DNA of 64,000 bases from Selaginella moellendorffii (lineage: Eukaryota > Plantae > Lycopodiophyta): positions 124,001-188,000 of the forward strand of contig NW_003314323.1 in assembly GCF_000143415.4 (NCBI RefSeq). Direction: 5' to 3'. Below the pieces are notes generated by a model. It was not told the DNA's origin, made no database searches, and saw only the letters and a list, made by a program, of their open reading frames with translations. Positions 23,361-36,130 of this stretch are shown in pieces. The position numbers were made by a program, and so were the translations under genes. The number at the start of each line of letters is the position of its first letter. The stretch's first letter is position 1.

Positions 23361-24638
23361 CACCGTCTCACTCAGGACCTTGTGATGGACCTTTATAATA
23401 ATCAAACTCATCAAAACAATCTAGAATCCGCTCATACACATCCTTGGATAGTTTAGTTCTCCAAGAATTTGTTCACTGCGCGGAATAGCTAGACAAACTG
23501 CCGTTGACTATTTAGTCAACGATGCTTATAAAAATATCTGATGCTCTCGCCTTTATCAAAGTTATCAAGTCGGGTTGCTGCATTTTTAATTCTTCCAACC
23601 TTTTTTTTTGTTTTTATGAAGTTTCATTTTTCATGAGCAACTTTATCGAGGATGACTGCAATGAAGTACTTGCTGTGGTCCCTGAATCTGCCCTGCCCTA
23701 GACCCTGCAAACAATTATTATCCAACCAACTGTAAAAGACTGTGCTAAAACACATGCTAAGGCAGCACTTCGCGTTCCAAGAGCAGCAGGGATCGATGTA
23801 CAAGTCAAACCCCGCTGATATGAATATTACCATATCAGTGTCCTCAAGATTCTGAGATCAGTAATCCACAACCAAGTCCTTGAAAGGCTCACAGTAAAAA
23901 ACAGGGGGGTGTTTTGTCGCTCTCACATCGTTTATCACCGAAGTCTCCCAAGTAAATTTGTCTTATCAGTAGAAGTGCGGCTACAAGGTGATGATACAGG
24001 GTGCATAGGCATAAAAAAAAACCACGCAGAACTAAAACCCTGTAAAAAATACCAACCAAACTCAGATTTTGCTTACTACTATAATTCAAAGGCTGACTTT
24101 TCCCTGCGATTTCACATCGCCCACTTGGCCACCTGTGGACGATTGTTCTTATAGTTCTGGTCGCTAGGCTCAGCGTTCCTCCCACCCAATGCATGTTGCC
24201 TTAATCCCCGACTTCTTGTTTCTTTGCATGGTTCGTAAAAGATTCTTTTTCTCGATGTTGGGCATCACGCTTGCTTTGACGTCAATAATGTCTGATGAAA
24301 CCATCTTTGTCCATGGTCTAGAATCTACCAAACGATCCTAAATTTTGGAGAATTACTTGGTAGCGAAATAAGATGCCTCTAAATTTACTAGTAGCAAGCA
24401 CCATTCTCGAAGTGATGAAACTCCGTCAAATCATGCAAAATAATCTTCCTCTTTGAGATCCTGGAAATGTTGGAAGCCATGTGACAATCTGAACAAGCTC
24501 TGATGTTCTTCATTACCTGGATGGTCGTCCTTGGCTGTCTAAACTAATGTGTGGAAGAACCCAAATGAAAAAATAAAAGAACATTTTCTATTACAAAAGA
24601 ATAGTGCTGTACAAAAGAATGTAAGTACATGGAAGCTC

Positions 24639-25610
24639 TCAAAACTGGCCACAGTCCGCGGGAGTCGTCGGAAACCTCTTGCTGTCGGTGCAGTAGTCGT
24701 AGATCATGTAGTTGTCCTTGACCCACTTGAGCTTGCTCTTGGTCTCCTCGTCGGTGCTCTGGAATGCCTCTTGCTCCCACCAGTTGCCCTTGGGAGCACT
24801 GCACGACTCCACACCCCCTGCGCAAGCATCCACGCTGAATCCCTTGTACGCCGCGACGAATGGAGCGTGATCCCAGTTGATCTTCTCCAGGCCGCCGCGA
24901 GTAGCCCAGTCGTCTCCGTTCCACAGGCTCGAGTAGATCCCCATTGGCTGGCTCTTTGGGAATGGGATCCCGATGGCTTCGTTGTTCTTGTGGACACGCA
25001 GAGGGACATCGTCCACATAGAATCTGGGGGACCAAAACCACAGTTTGAGCGATTATCGAAAAGTGTTAGCAAAAAACTTACATGATCTGCTGCTTGTTCC
25101 AGAGGACGGAGTAGCTGTGGAAGTCCTGAGTGGGGTCGAACCAGAGGTAGTGTCGCTGCTCCCGGTTTCCAACGCCATTGGCGAAAACGTTGGTCTGGAC
25201 GATGTATGGCTGCCCGGAAACGTTCCCCAAGAACTCAAAGTCGATCTCATCGTGCTTGTCGGTCTCCGAGGACATGTAGAATGCCGTCACAGTTCCAGCA
25301 GAGTCTTTGGGAACCAGCTTGATCTTCATGCTGATATGACCGAACAAGTATTTGCTGCGGGACCCAAATCCAGCACCTATCATGCAACAGGACTTGATCA
25401 GCAAAACAGAAGCTTGGGACAGGGATTGTTACCTGAAGCCTTGTCGAGAACAAGCTGCATTTCGCTGCCACCGTTGAGCACTCGCGTATGATCATTAGCC
25501 CATCGGACATAGTAGTTCTCAGAGAAAGAAACATCTGACTTTGGTGGGAGACGAGCAGAGAGCGCAAGCTCGACCAACAACAGCAATGCAATGACTTTGA
25601 GAGCACCCAT
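24639..25610 (-). CDS. XTH: Xyloglucan endotransglucosylase/hydrolase, second intact copy
   Basis: Same 3-exon structure and [10 protein letters not shown] motif. The C-terminal 125 aa are identical to copy 1. Confidence 0.95.
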
Positions 25611-26073
25611 TGCTCGATCGAAACTCCTGGTAGGAACAGAAGACTTGTATGATCGAAGGCTTGGGATGAAACTTCGAATACTGGAGTTTGCAATGGTTGC
25701 CACTGGAGTGGTGATGGAGATTTATAGATGTTGCCATTGCCGCGGAATAAACGCGTGATAGGAAGAAGCATGAGTTGCAGCCTTGGAGGCTTACTAAGAT
25801 CCAGCTCAAGAGAGAGTAAGGTCGCCATAGGAGGAAGCTTCTGCGCGAGCGAGGCTCGAATGGCAAGAGAGGATTGGCTGTGTGGCAAGAAGTTTCTCGT
25901 GAGAAAAACTGAGCTCGTTGCCCATCTGTGATCCAATACAGCAAAGCAAGACGAAATTCAAAACCAATAAACGTGTTGATGTTGATCGTTTCTACCTCGT
26001 AAGTACCTCACTTTCAAGTAAATTAGTTTTTCCGTGTCTGGCATTAACAGCTGTGGTGTTTTGTCCGTTGCCA

Positions 26074-27405
26074 CTAGCGACATGCCGCGGGAAGTATAAT
26101 CTGTTGAAAGCACAGGAAAAGAAAAAGAAAAAAACAGGCAAGGAGTGGTGAACCCAACAGATGGGAAAAAGAAACAGTGTTGTCACGTACGCGTTTTGTG
26201 GACAACATTTCTACCAATCGGGGCCGAGTGTCATGACGATTTAGAAAAGCTGTTGTCAGAGCAGTTGCAATCTTCGCACCAACGAGTGCATTATTCTTCA
26301 CGAGCTGGATATCTGTCAATTGTAGCAAAGAAAAACTACCAAAAGAGGACTACCAAACAAAAGGATACTTGCAGCCAATGAATCGCCTCCAGTGAGCTCG
26401 TTGACGCGCTTGAGCAAGAATGGCGTCACAGAATTACCAGCAATACCTCTGCTCCTATAAAAAAAAAACACGTAGGAATACCAAGAGCGAAGTCACTGAG
26501 ACGTACTCTGCTTCATGCAATGCCGATTGTGTGGCCGATTCCACGTTCTTAGCTGCCGCTGCATGCTCTGCGGGTACCCGATCAAAATGCCTGAACCCAA
26601 TCCAAACTTCGTGTTTGCCTCTGCAGTGTCAAGTTAGAATCGATAACCACGATGGCTAGAGCTTACCTATGATGTCTGCGCATTCCTCCACGCTGTCTGC
26701 TCGGCAAGGTGCTTTGCAGCCACTGTTAGGAGTAAAAAATGCTGGAAATTCATCAGTTGAGTAGCTAACAACCGTCACTCCTTGAGTTTCCTGCAAATTG
26801 TTTCATAGTAAAACACCCGTGCGCTATACGATGGTCTTACCAGGTATTCAAGTGTTCGTGGAATGTCAGGGGTTGATTTTACCCCTGCACAAACCACCGC
26901 AACAGGAGTTTTACCCAGTTCTGTCAAGTCTGAGGACACGTCCATAGCTTAATAGAAACAAAGTTAAAGACACAACATTGGGCTTACTTGACGCTCTGTC
27001 GATGAACTCCTCCCATACCTCCAGTTACGAATACTTTGATTCCCCAAAGGCTCCTCTTTTAGAAACTACCTTTGAAAAACTGTGGAGAACAAGAGAAAAA
27101 AGAGCTTACGACAAGGAATGTCGTGGCTGGCCGTCTTTGAAACCGTGGTACAAAGCTTTGCAAGCCGTTCAAGCTCAGCCAAGCTCAAGCTTATGCATGT
27201 GCCTGTTAGAGCATAAAAAAAAAAAACAAAAAGCATACCAATGCACGGAACATCGTCTAAAATGGCACAGCCACGTTCGCTCTCACAATGAACTCCACCT
27301 CTTTAGTTGTATGGAATTTTTTAGGGTAAGGCAAGCAAGAAAATCACTGGAATGGAAGTCGGAGGAAATAAAGAGCGCGATAATGGTGGATTCCAGCGCA
27401 ACACT
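26074..27405 (-). pseudogene. PUMY: Pseudouridine-5'-phosphate glycosidase pseudogene, copy 2
   Basis: Reverse-complement copy with larger deletions (the GATTVSAT exon is largely lost, plus a deletion in the IGVPIP region). Confidence 0.8.
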
Positions 27406-27549
27406 GGAAAGAGCAGAAATTGTAAAGCCCTAAACCAGTTTTCGCAATGAACAAGCTCGGAAAAAAAGGTGACTTATGTGGCCTTTAAAGTTAAAAGCGG
27501 AAGGGTATCCTCTAGGGTTTGGCATTTTCTTGCAACAGAGAAAAGGGAG

Positions 27550-28455
27550 ATGGAGATGAACGCAAAGACGATGGAGATATTGTTCCCCAATCTGCTAGAC
27601 AAGTACCAGGTAACAAAGACTATAGGAATGGGTGGATTCTCGAGGGTGTTTGAGGTGATCCGTTTGAGAGATGGGAAACACTTTGCGTGCAAAACGAACA
27701 GCATGATGGGCGACGATAAACTCATACTGCAAGAGCTCAAGATCATGGCCCAACTGAGGCACGACCCAGGCGTGGTTCGTCTTGTCGGCATTGTGCGTGA
27801 CTTGGGTTTCTGCCACATCATAATGGAGCTGTGCGAAGGAACACTCCTCTCAAGGCTTCCCTTGGGAGAGGACGAGGCGGCACTTGTGGTGGCGAAGGTG
27901 GCGGGGACGTTGCAGCGGATGCATGCCCTAGGGATGGCTCACAATGATATAAAACCGGGAAACGTTCTAATAAGCTATGACAGCGAGGTAAAAGTGGCGG
28001 ATTTTGGCCTCTCTTGGCAGAAGGGGCAGGAAAAGGGGGCGTTGATGCGCGGTGGAACTGCGCGGTACATGCCCCCTGGGGAAAGGTTCAAAGAATCTTG
28101 TGATATTTGGGCGCTGGGCGTGACTTTGTACGAGATGCTCACAGGAAAGATTGCATATGAGGAGCTTCAAACACCTCAGGTTCTCAGCGAGTTGGAGCGG
28201 TATGAAGATTTGCCCCTTATTCTCTTCGACTGGTCAAGGGTTCCGGTGTTAGCCAAGGATTTGATGCTGGGGATGCTAAATCTGGACAAGAAAAAGCGAT
28301 TGACGGCAGCCCAGATCTTGGAACATCCGTGGATCAAGCGGATCACTCAAAATTACAATAGGCCAGCCCCAGAAACAAAGGTGGAGGTCGAAGCAAAACA
28401 GGATGTGAGAACTGAATTGATAGTGGGAGGACAAGCTTCCGTGCCAATGTACTGA
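27550..28455 (+). CDS. Intronless Ser/Thr kinase, second intact copy, 301 aa
   Basis: Same motifs as 230-1123, with 4 extra residues (AKQD) near the C-terminus. Confidence 0.85.
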   Translation: MEMNAKTMEILFPNLLDKYQVTKTIGMGGFSRVFEVIRLRDGKHFACKTNSMMGDDKLILQELKIMAQLRHDPGVVRLVGIVRDLGFCHIIMELCEGTLLSRLPLGEDEAALVVAKVAGTLQRMHALGMAHNDIKPGNVLISYDSEVKVADFGLSWQKGQEKGALMRGGTARYMPPGERFKESCDIWALGVTLYEMLTGKIAYEELQTPQVLSELERYEDLPLILFDWSRVPVLAKDLMLGMLNLDKKKRLTAAQILEHPWIKRITQNYNRPAPETKVEVEAKQDVRTELIVGGQASVPMY

Positions 28456-28805
28456 CTGCGAAATTGCCCACAAGCAATTGGAGATACACGAAAAAGTTTT
28501 AGTCGATGTTAAGACAGACTATTAGCTATGTCATTTCACCTTTAGGTTTCCTTTTAAACCAATTAGCCCTGACTGGGAATATTCACTTTCATGAAAAAAT
28601 TTTAGTCGGTGTTAAGATAAATCGAATATTAGCAGCACCACAATATTCCTGGTGCCGTCATTTCACCTTTAGGTTGGCTTTTAAACCAATTAACCTGGAA
28701 AATGACCGAAGCCCTAAGTTAGTGTCGGGAATATCCACTTTCATTTTTTTCACCCTAAACACGAGGAATTTGATTGTGGAGCAAGATTTCTTGCGCGCCC
28801 GCTGC

Positions 28806-31800
28806 ATGGCGGACGATGGGGAGGGGTTGCGATCCAGGCGGCTGCCCGTGCGGCGCCTCAAGGCGACGATCGTCCAGAAGGTGGAGATGAACCGGGTCAC
28901 GATCATCCTCGCCGAGACTGGCTCAGGTTTGCCTCTCCTTTGCTCGGATTACCCCTCTTTCGGAGCTTAGCAAGGGAATGTGGGTCTAGGAAAGAGCTCG
29001 CAAGTCCCGCAAATGCTGCTCGAGGAAGGGTTCGCCCCCATTCTGTGCACGCAGCCGAGAAGGCTTGCCGTGGTCGCCGTGTCCAAAATGGTGGCCGAGG
29101 AGCGAGGCTGCGAGCTTGGACAAGAAGTTGGATTTCACATTGGTCAGATGAATAGGACAAGTTCCAGGTAAATGCTCGATCGTTCTGAAAGTTCTAGTCT
29201 TTCCTTGATGTTTAGTTCTTGGGAGCTTTTTCCTTTTAGCTCCCCGAGTTCTTGGAGTTCTGTGGTTCTTTCTTTTGATCATAGATGTCACGGCATTTTT
29301 CCAGCTCCAAAATCGTCTTCCAGACTGCCGGTGTTCTTCTAGAGGAGATCAAATCGAAATGCGTGGCTGCTCTTTCTCACTACAAGGTGGTCATACTGGA
29401 TGAAATCCACGAGAGGTCTGTGGAGTCAGATATGGTTCTTTGTTGCGTCAAGATCTTGCTCTTTCGGAACAAGAACACACGGTGGGCTTCTTTTCGTCTC
29501 TATTGTTTCTGGATTTCTCTTGCTAATGTGATTGCTGCTGCCATAGTCTGGTGCTCATGTCTGCCACCGCTGACTTTAAACGCTATGAAAACTATTTTGC
29601 CGAGCTTGGCGAAACAGTTGAGAAGCTGGCTGTCTCGAACTTGGCCTCGAAGATCCAGCAACATCTGTTCCAGTGCAGCGTGAAGTATCTCGACCAGGTT
29701 CTGTATATTTTATTTCATTCGCGTTTATTTTTATCTTTCTGTTAACAATCCTCTGTCAGGTCGTACAACAACTTGGAAACAAGGAAGAGCACTTGTCTGT
29801 AATGAACTCGTTGGAGCAAAACCCCTCTCCCTGTAAGACCGGGACTGATATTGGGATGGAGATACAGCACCTGATTTTCGATCTTATCGCTCACATCCAC
29901 AAAGATGAGCCTGATCGCAAGAAGGGAATTCTGGTCTTCCTGCCAACTTATCGTGCCTTGGAAGAGCAGTGGTCTCCCCTCACGCAACGGGCACTGGATG
30001 TGGAGATATTTGTGCTCCACAGTAGCATTGACATCGACCAATCTTTGGAAGCAATGGAGGCGTACCATTCAGTGAGGAAGGTCTTTTCTTTCCTCAATTC
30101 TCCGTCTTGTTTCTTCTGAATCCTTCTTTTCTTTCAGGTGATTCTTGCGACTGATGTCGCCGAGTCTTCAATTACAATCCCGGGAGCATCGTTCGTCATC
30201 GACTCATGCCGCTGCCTAGAAGTGTTTTGGAACTCGAAAATGAAGAGAGACGCTCCCCGGATTGTCTGGGAGTCGAACTCACAGGTGAGAAGTTGTCTTT
30301 GTCCTCCAGCCAGACACCGTATCTTTCTCCTTTCAACTGTAGGCTGAACAACGTAAGGGACGCACAGGGCGTACCTGCGATGGGACTGTCTTTCGCATGG
30401 TGCCGCGAACAATGTACGCGACATTCAACAAGTTTGAGGTTCCCGCAATGCAGCTCTTGTCTTTACGAAAGCAAGTACTGTCACTGTTTTGTGCTGAAGC
30501 ACGAGCTTTGAATGATGCGTTGGGTACGTCTCAAGTTTGCTCGTCGTTTTCTGAATCGGAAATTTTATGTTTTGTTTTTCCAGCATTCTTCGATAAATGC
30601 CTGAATCCACCACATCCAGACACTGTTTATGATGCTTTGGAGTCACTTGAAGCACTGAACGCTCTACAGCCCGATGCTAGAGGGAAGAAGTTGCCGACTC
30701 CATACGGACGAATACTTGCGTCTCTTCCACTATCTTTGGAGGCTTCTATGCTTGTCATGGAGGGCTGCGAACGCGGGTACCTGAATGAGTGTGCTGTCAT
30801 AGCTTCTGTGCTAGACACTACGCCGAGTCCGATTATCCTACCTTTCGGAGCACACTATTCTTTTCAGTACTTCCAGGAATCACAAAATGGTGTCAGGCAA
30901 TCTCGTCAAGCTGCTCTTCTTGGCAACCTCTGCGCGTTTGAATTCTGGCAGTGCGTCTTGAAGGTACGACTTCGTTTGTTTCTTTTCCTTGCCTCTCCTT
31001 GATGTTTTTCACACAGGACAACTATCGATGGCAAAAGCTATCGCACGAATTTTTATCCTCAACGATCGTCACCGTTCATGGAGAGGAGTCGGAGAAGGAA
31101 TTCTGCAAACAGCATCACCTTTCTTTGTTTTCACTCAACGCTGTCGCTGAGCTCTGTAAGTCTTTCAAGTTTTAGAACCAAACTTGATGTTTGCTTTGTT
31201 TTTGAGGCAGCTAGTTGCGTGCTAGAAGTTATGCATCGGTGGAGACCACAGTCAATAAAGCTTCTAACAGGACCTCCATCTTATTATACGGCTTTCTCCT
31301 TCCAGCACCTCTGCTTTCATAGCCAAGACGACGAGTCGTGCCTGGGACTTCCGTATGTTTCAAATGGGAGCTTCCACAACGAGAATAACCAGTCAGATTT
31401 GCTGAAGATCATTGTGGAGGTAACTTGTTTGAACCCGTGCTTTGGTTTTCCAACACTTACGATCCACTGTTTCAGACTCAAGCAAGATACTTAGAACCGC
31501 AGAGTAATTACGAGTCAATCCATTTTCCTAAAGAAGAGGACGGGAAAGTGCAGTGCGTGTACTTCCGTAGAGGCTCTTGCGCTAAAGGAAACGGCTGTGA
31601 GTTCTCACACTCCGTCTCTTCCACGCCAGTATGCAAGTTTTTCTTGTCCGGGGATGTAAGTGTCAGCTTTTTAACTCGCATTATTCTCAAGCGATTGTAT
31701 GGCAGGGATGTCGCTATGGTGCTCATTGTCGATATAAGCACGACTCGGATGTTCCACGCTGGGACAATCGTCTTGAGCTTGACGAAGACGTAGCTCAGTT

Positions 31801-32463
31801 TCCTACGGTGCTGTGTTCTTCCACTCGAAACTTGGAGGGCACCATGCTAGTTTTTGGAAGGCAGGCACTGTCTTATATCCATCAGCTGCAAGATCTTGCT
31901 ACTGCATCCATCGCGGTAGCTTGCAACGAAGGTTCTCAGCTAGTAGCAGAGAAGTATGATTCATCTCTCTCTACCGTGATCCTGGACTTGCCTTCGAGAA
32001 TCCAGATCCTTTGGGGGCTCAACGCATCGTCTTTGGTTACTTCCTCCGCGGAAGAAGCGAGAGAGCTCCCAGACTGGACGAAAGTCAAGTGCATCGTCTT
32101 GAACTTTCCACTCAGGAGCATCAGCGATCCAGATCAACACAAGGCGTTCTTCCAGGAGATTTTCCACTTCTTGGCAGTGACGCACCGCAAGCTCAACTTA
32201 CTCCACAGTGGACTTGTGCTGCTTCTCACTATGACCAACATCGAATTTTGCCAGTGCCAGGTATTGATTGTTCACGATTTTCGAGTGATCTTAAGTTTGT
32301 TCTTTGGCTCTCACAGGTAGAACGAGCTGGTCGAGAGAATTTCCTCTTCCTCCAGTCCTCCACGGCAGTGGATCCAGCGTTTTTCAAGGGGAGCTCTATC
32401 CGACCGCCAGTAAAGCTCGTCACTTACATCTTCAAGCTCGTGTTTCCCCGGAGGTTTCTTTGA
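28806..32463 (+). CDS. DExH-box RNA helicase with two CCCH zinc fingers (Arabidopsis DExH8/C3H31-like), multi-exon
   Basis: AETGSGKS, CTQPRR, DEIHER, MSAT, ILVFLP, ATDVAESSITI, QRKGRTGR, CVYFRRGSCAKGNGCEFSH and CKFFLSGDGCRYGAHCRYKH. Confidence 0.88.
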
Positions 32464-32520
32464 TGAGGTTATCTTCGTTTTGTTCCCGCCCGGAATTTTA
32501 TCTGCACCGTCGGATCTATT

Positions 32521-32830
32521 TCAAATTTTTGCCTGTCCTAGAACAGGAGCGACCTGGGAATCCATCAAGAATGCCGAGGTCTACTCTCCAAATCCGATAC
32601 TCATCGTCCGTGGCGACCAAACAGGCAAGCAGCAGTGGCAAAATCCCCTCGGCATTGCAAGATTTCAAGGCTGTGATCTCGCCACGGCCACCAGGCCTTC
32701 GGTGGATGCTTCTCGCAGTATGGCGCGCAGCCCAATTCCAATGTATGCCCGGTGGGACTGCCAGGAGCTCTCCCGGTTCTCAACGAGAGGGTCGTGAAAT
32801 TCGCCTGGCGCTCAAGTCCGATCTCTCTCT
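32521..32830 (+). pseudogene. GatB 5' fragment with internal deletions
   Basis: Collapsed copy of 51178-51595 ([19 protein letters not shown]) lacking the start codons, fused to SCY1-like sequence. Confidence 0.8.
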
Positions 32831-33920
32831 CGATAAGTGTTTCAACAGAGATCCCATAATGGTTAACTGCTTTCAGGCAATGGAAATACCTTTGTTGCAA
32901 GAATGAGGACTTCAACGTTAGTTCCCGTAGCAACGCACAAGTGTCCGAAAAACCAGTGGCTGCGAAAAAAACCCGTGCAGGCATTTTTAGTTTCTAAATT
33001 CGAGTGAATGCACAACTCAACTTGCTCATGGAAAAGTATTTCCATACTGATCACTTGCTCAAATAAACTTGCTCGAATAGTACGGTCAGTCGACGCAAAG
33101 AACAATAAATTGTGAAAAAAAGGTCAGTCACCTTACAAATAAGGATAAAATGCAGAACAACGGTGCAGCGTTGCCAATCAAAAACTTAATAAAAGAAAAA
33201 TGCAGTAGGCTATTGTGACAGCCAAGCCCCCATTTAAAAAATGGAGGTAACGGCTGCTGCGGACCCAAACTCCAGAACTGAAGCCACCATTGGAAGAATC
33301 TGCGCGAAAAACTGAGTCCGGTACTATCAGGGAAATGCTGTACCTTTTTCAAGGAAGCTGTATCCTTGAGGCCATAAACTGGACTGTTTCCAGAAGTTTA
33401 TTTTGAAAGAAATCTGCGCATCAAACCGAGTAAATAGAAAATAGTGCTCGATAATATTACCGCTGTTTTCTATCAACTTTGAAGCATCGTGAGGGCTGAA
33501 AGCAACCTTTGATAATCGGGCAACAAGTTCTGCAAATTTATGTTAATACCACTATCACTCCGGCACACAAACCTTGGGAATTGGTGCTGTGTTTCGTGAC
33601 TCCCCTGTTTTTGACATCGAGAATAGCTCGTACGTCAAGCATCCTACAGCGACCATTCTAGAAAACAATTGTAATCGAAACACTCACCTAGACCCCACGC
33701 ATCCAGTTCATATCGAGGAGATTTGCGAATTAACAAATTCTAAAGACTTGTACTGGCTCCCCACTAACCATTCATATTGCTGCTCACACGCACCAAAATG
33801 ACAACAGCGAAAAATACAGGGACTTACAAGCATGAGTCCAGATCCGGATTCGCACCATCGAAGCACGTCGAAGGCATGAAGCTTCCAATCCAGTGAAGGA
33901 GTACACCATAAATCTGATGC
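32831..33920 (-). pseudogene. SCY1-like pseudokinase fragment, copy 2
   Basis: TPSLDWKLHAFDVL, EWLVGSQYK, FASTDRTIRASL, ATGFSDTCALLRELTLKS. Confidence 0.75.
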
Positions 33921-33994
33921 CTATGGGAACTTGAGGAACTTGAATGGAAAAAACTTTTTGTGGCTTTCATAAAAGAAGCCCCTTTTGTACTAGG

Positions 33995-34983
33995 CATCTT
34001 GGTGCACATAATTGAGCAGGAGGTATTGAAGCGCTTGCCTCCAGTTGCTTTGCACTGCCGCATTAGAGCTGTGTGCAGACAATGGAGGGATCTTGTAGAT
34101 TCACTAGGATTTGCAAAGTTTTATTCAGCATACCACTCTAAAAGTAAACACCTACTTCCTCCTTGTGTCTTGGGTATAACTAGAAATGGTGAGGATATCT
34201 ACAGCTGCAACCCGTTTGTTGCTGGATCTGAAGCACCAAAGGATTGGGTCCATCAGGATGTCTACAGTCACATCAGGGTTTTCAAAACTTGTGGTGGATT
34301 GCTGCTTGGATGATTATGTTGTTCTCAATCCGCTTACTAGAGCTCTCAAGGTGCTTCCCCCACCGCCTCTGAAAGAGGTTTCAAGGGCAGTCGTATATAT
34401 ACTCCTGCGTCTTTGTTCTGCGCTGGTATTGGAACCGTCCATGCAGCGGTACTGGATCTGTATAGCAGAAGAGCGATTGCATGTATATGACTCAAGATCA
34501 GGAGTGTGGGACCAAGTGGATTACCTTCCTGGCTGGTCTCATCTCACATATGGAGTGGGAATGGCCAACAGCAAAGCTCATTTTAATTCGACTCAGGGGA
34601 TATTGAGCTTCAACATGGAAGAAATGAGATGGTCCATCGAGTGGTCATCATCCAATCGACCTATGGGAGCTGGTTGGGCCAATTGGGTGGTAACAACAGC
34701 ACCCCAGTTCTTCATTGTGGCTATAGGAGCAGTTCGTGGGGTTGTGAAGATGATGCTAATAAGGTTGGACTGTGCATCCAAGAGATTTGTTAAGGAGGCA
34801 AGCTTTCCTTACAACGAGGAATACCATCTTATCCCTCCGGCCTGTTTCACCTTCATGATTCCGGATAAGAGTAAGGTGTTTTTTTTGGATTATGAGAGTA
34901 AGACCTGGACTAACATTCCAACTCAGAACCCTTCAGTTGTGATGTCTGCTTTTCTGTTTGCACCATCTTTGGTGCCTCCATGA
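33995..34983 (+). pseudogene. F-box protein pseudogene, copy 2
   Basis: ATG deleted and an 11-nt deletion at ~34310 frameshifts it relative to 42588-43601. Confidence 0.85.
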
Positions 34984-35224
34984 AAGTTAATATTTTATGT
35001 TATTAGAATTTTCTTCTAGGCATCCAAATGTTTTAACAGCACTGAAGGAATGTGGAAGGAATGGAAGCGTAGATCACGATATACTAAGCCTGTGATGAGG
35101 AGAGAAAATCAAAGGTGAGTAATGGTATGCCTTTAGTACATTTTTGCATCCTTTGTTTCTAGAGGGGATCGCATCAAGTTTCCAAGGCCGCGAGCTTCGA
35201 ATAAATTATTTGTGACGAAATTAA

Positions 35225-36130
35225 GAGCGGGCTGAACAGCAGTTTTGACTACGAGCAGCCATAACTCGTCGCATCCAGCGATGTTGTGACATATGGCATC
35301 GAGTAGAAACACCACCTCAACTCTGATGGAGTTCATGCTCTGCAACAGAAAACAAAAGTAGCAAAAACACAAAACAAGGTGAGAATCTAAAGCTGTAAGA
35401 TGACAATTTGGCAGTGCTGGCCAAGCCAATCTACACCTCAAGAAAGAAATCTCTGAAAGGACTTGCCTGCGAAAGTACCCAAGTCATGTGATGTTCCTCT
35501 ATCGGAGCTCCTCGAGGCCCAATCGATCGTTGACAGGATCACTGCCGCTGGAATGGATCTCGGTGTCATCGTCACCACGGCCGTAGCATTTGCTATTGGA
35601 AGATGTATCTACAATGCCAAAAAACCTTGCTAACCCCTACAAGTGTCATGGACAACAATGCTGGTCAGTATGCCGTACAGGCATCTCGTGTAATATCTTC
35701 TTGGCTTCTTGTGTGTGGCCGGATTGAGAGAATTCAGCTAGCATCGACGTTCAAGAGACGACATTCTTCTCCAACATGGAGTTTTTGTTTGCATATGCCC
35801 ATACTGGGATATGCAGAAAGGAGCAAGGTCCAAATAGCCACGTTTGTCTGGAGCATTGTATCACATATTCGTTACACGCATTTAAACCTTCCCTGGGCCT
35901 CGCGGGCATCTCCTTGAATATGCATTTTGCATATTAGATGCCCATTTTGGGCATATGCCAATAGCGAGTGGGGCTACCAATAGAGCTCCTCGAGCTACAC
36001 GGTATCAAGGCCTCTACGTTCTTGAATGCTGAGAGAATGCCCTTCTCTATACAAACCTTGAGCAGCTTCTCCATGCCGCGTAGAGGTCACCTGTCTCTCG
36101 CAAAGCTTCTACACAAGCGCTGCTCTCAGG
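35225..36130 (-). pseudogene. TTI2-like fragments interrupted by a + strand PPR-like remnant (~35500-36030)
   Basis: LDAICHNIAGCDELWLLVVKTAV on the minus strand. The insert has WAYANSE..LELHGIKASTFLNA PPR-like remnants. Confidence 0.6.

Larger units (their letters stand above)
23525..28700. repeat. Right arm of the large inverted duplication (partner 73-4810), with ~480 bp extra at 23620-24100
   Basis: Reverse complement of the XTH-glycosidase-kinase block. Confidence 0.9.
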
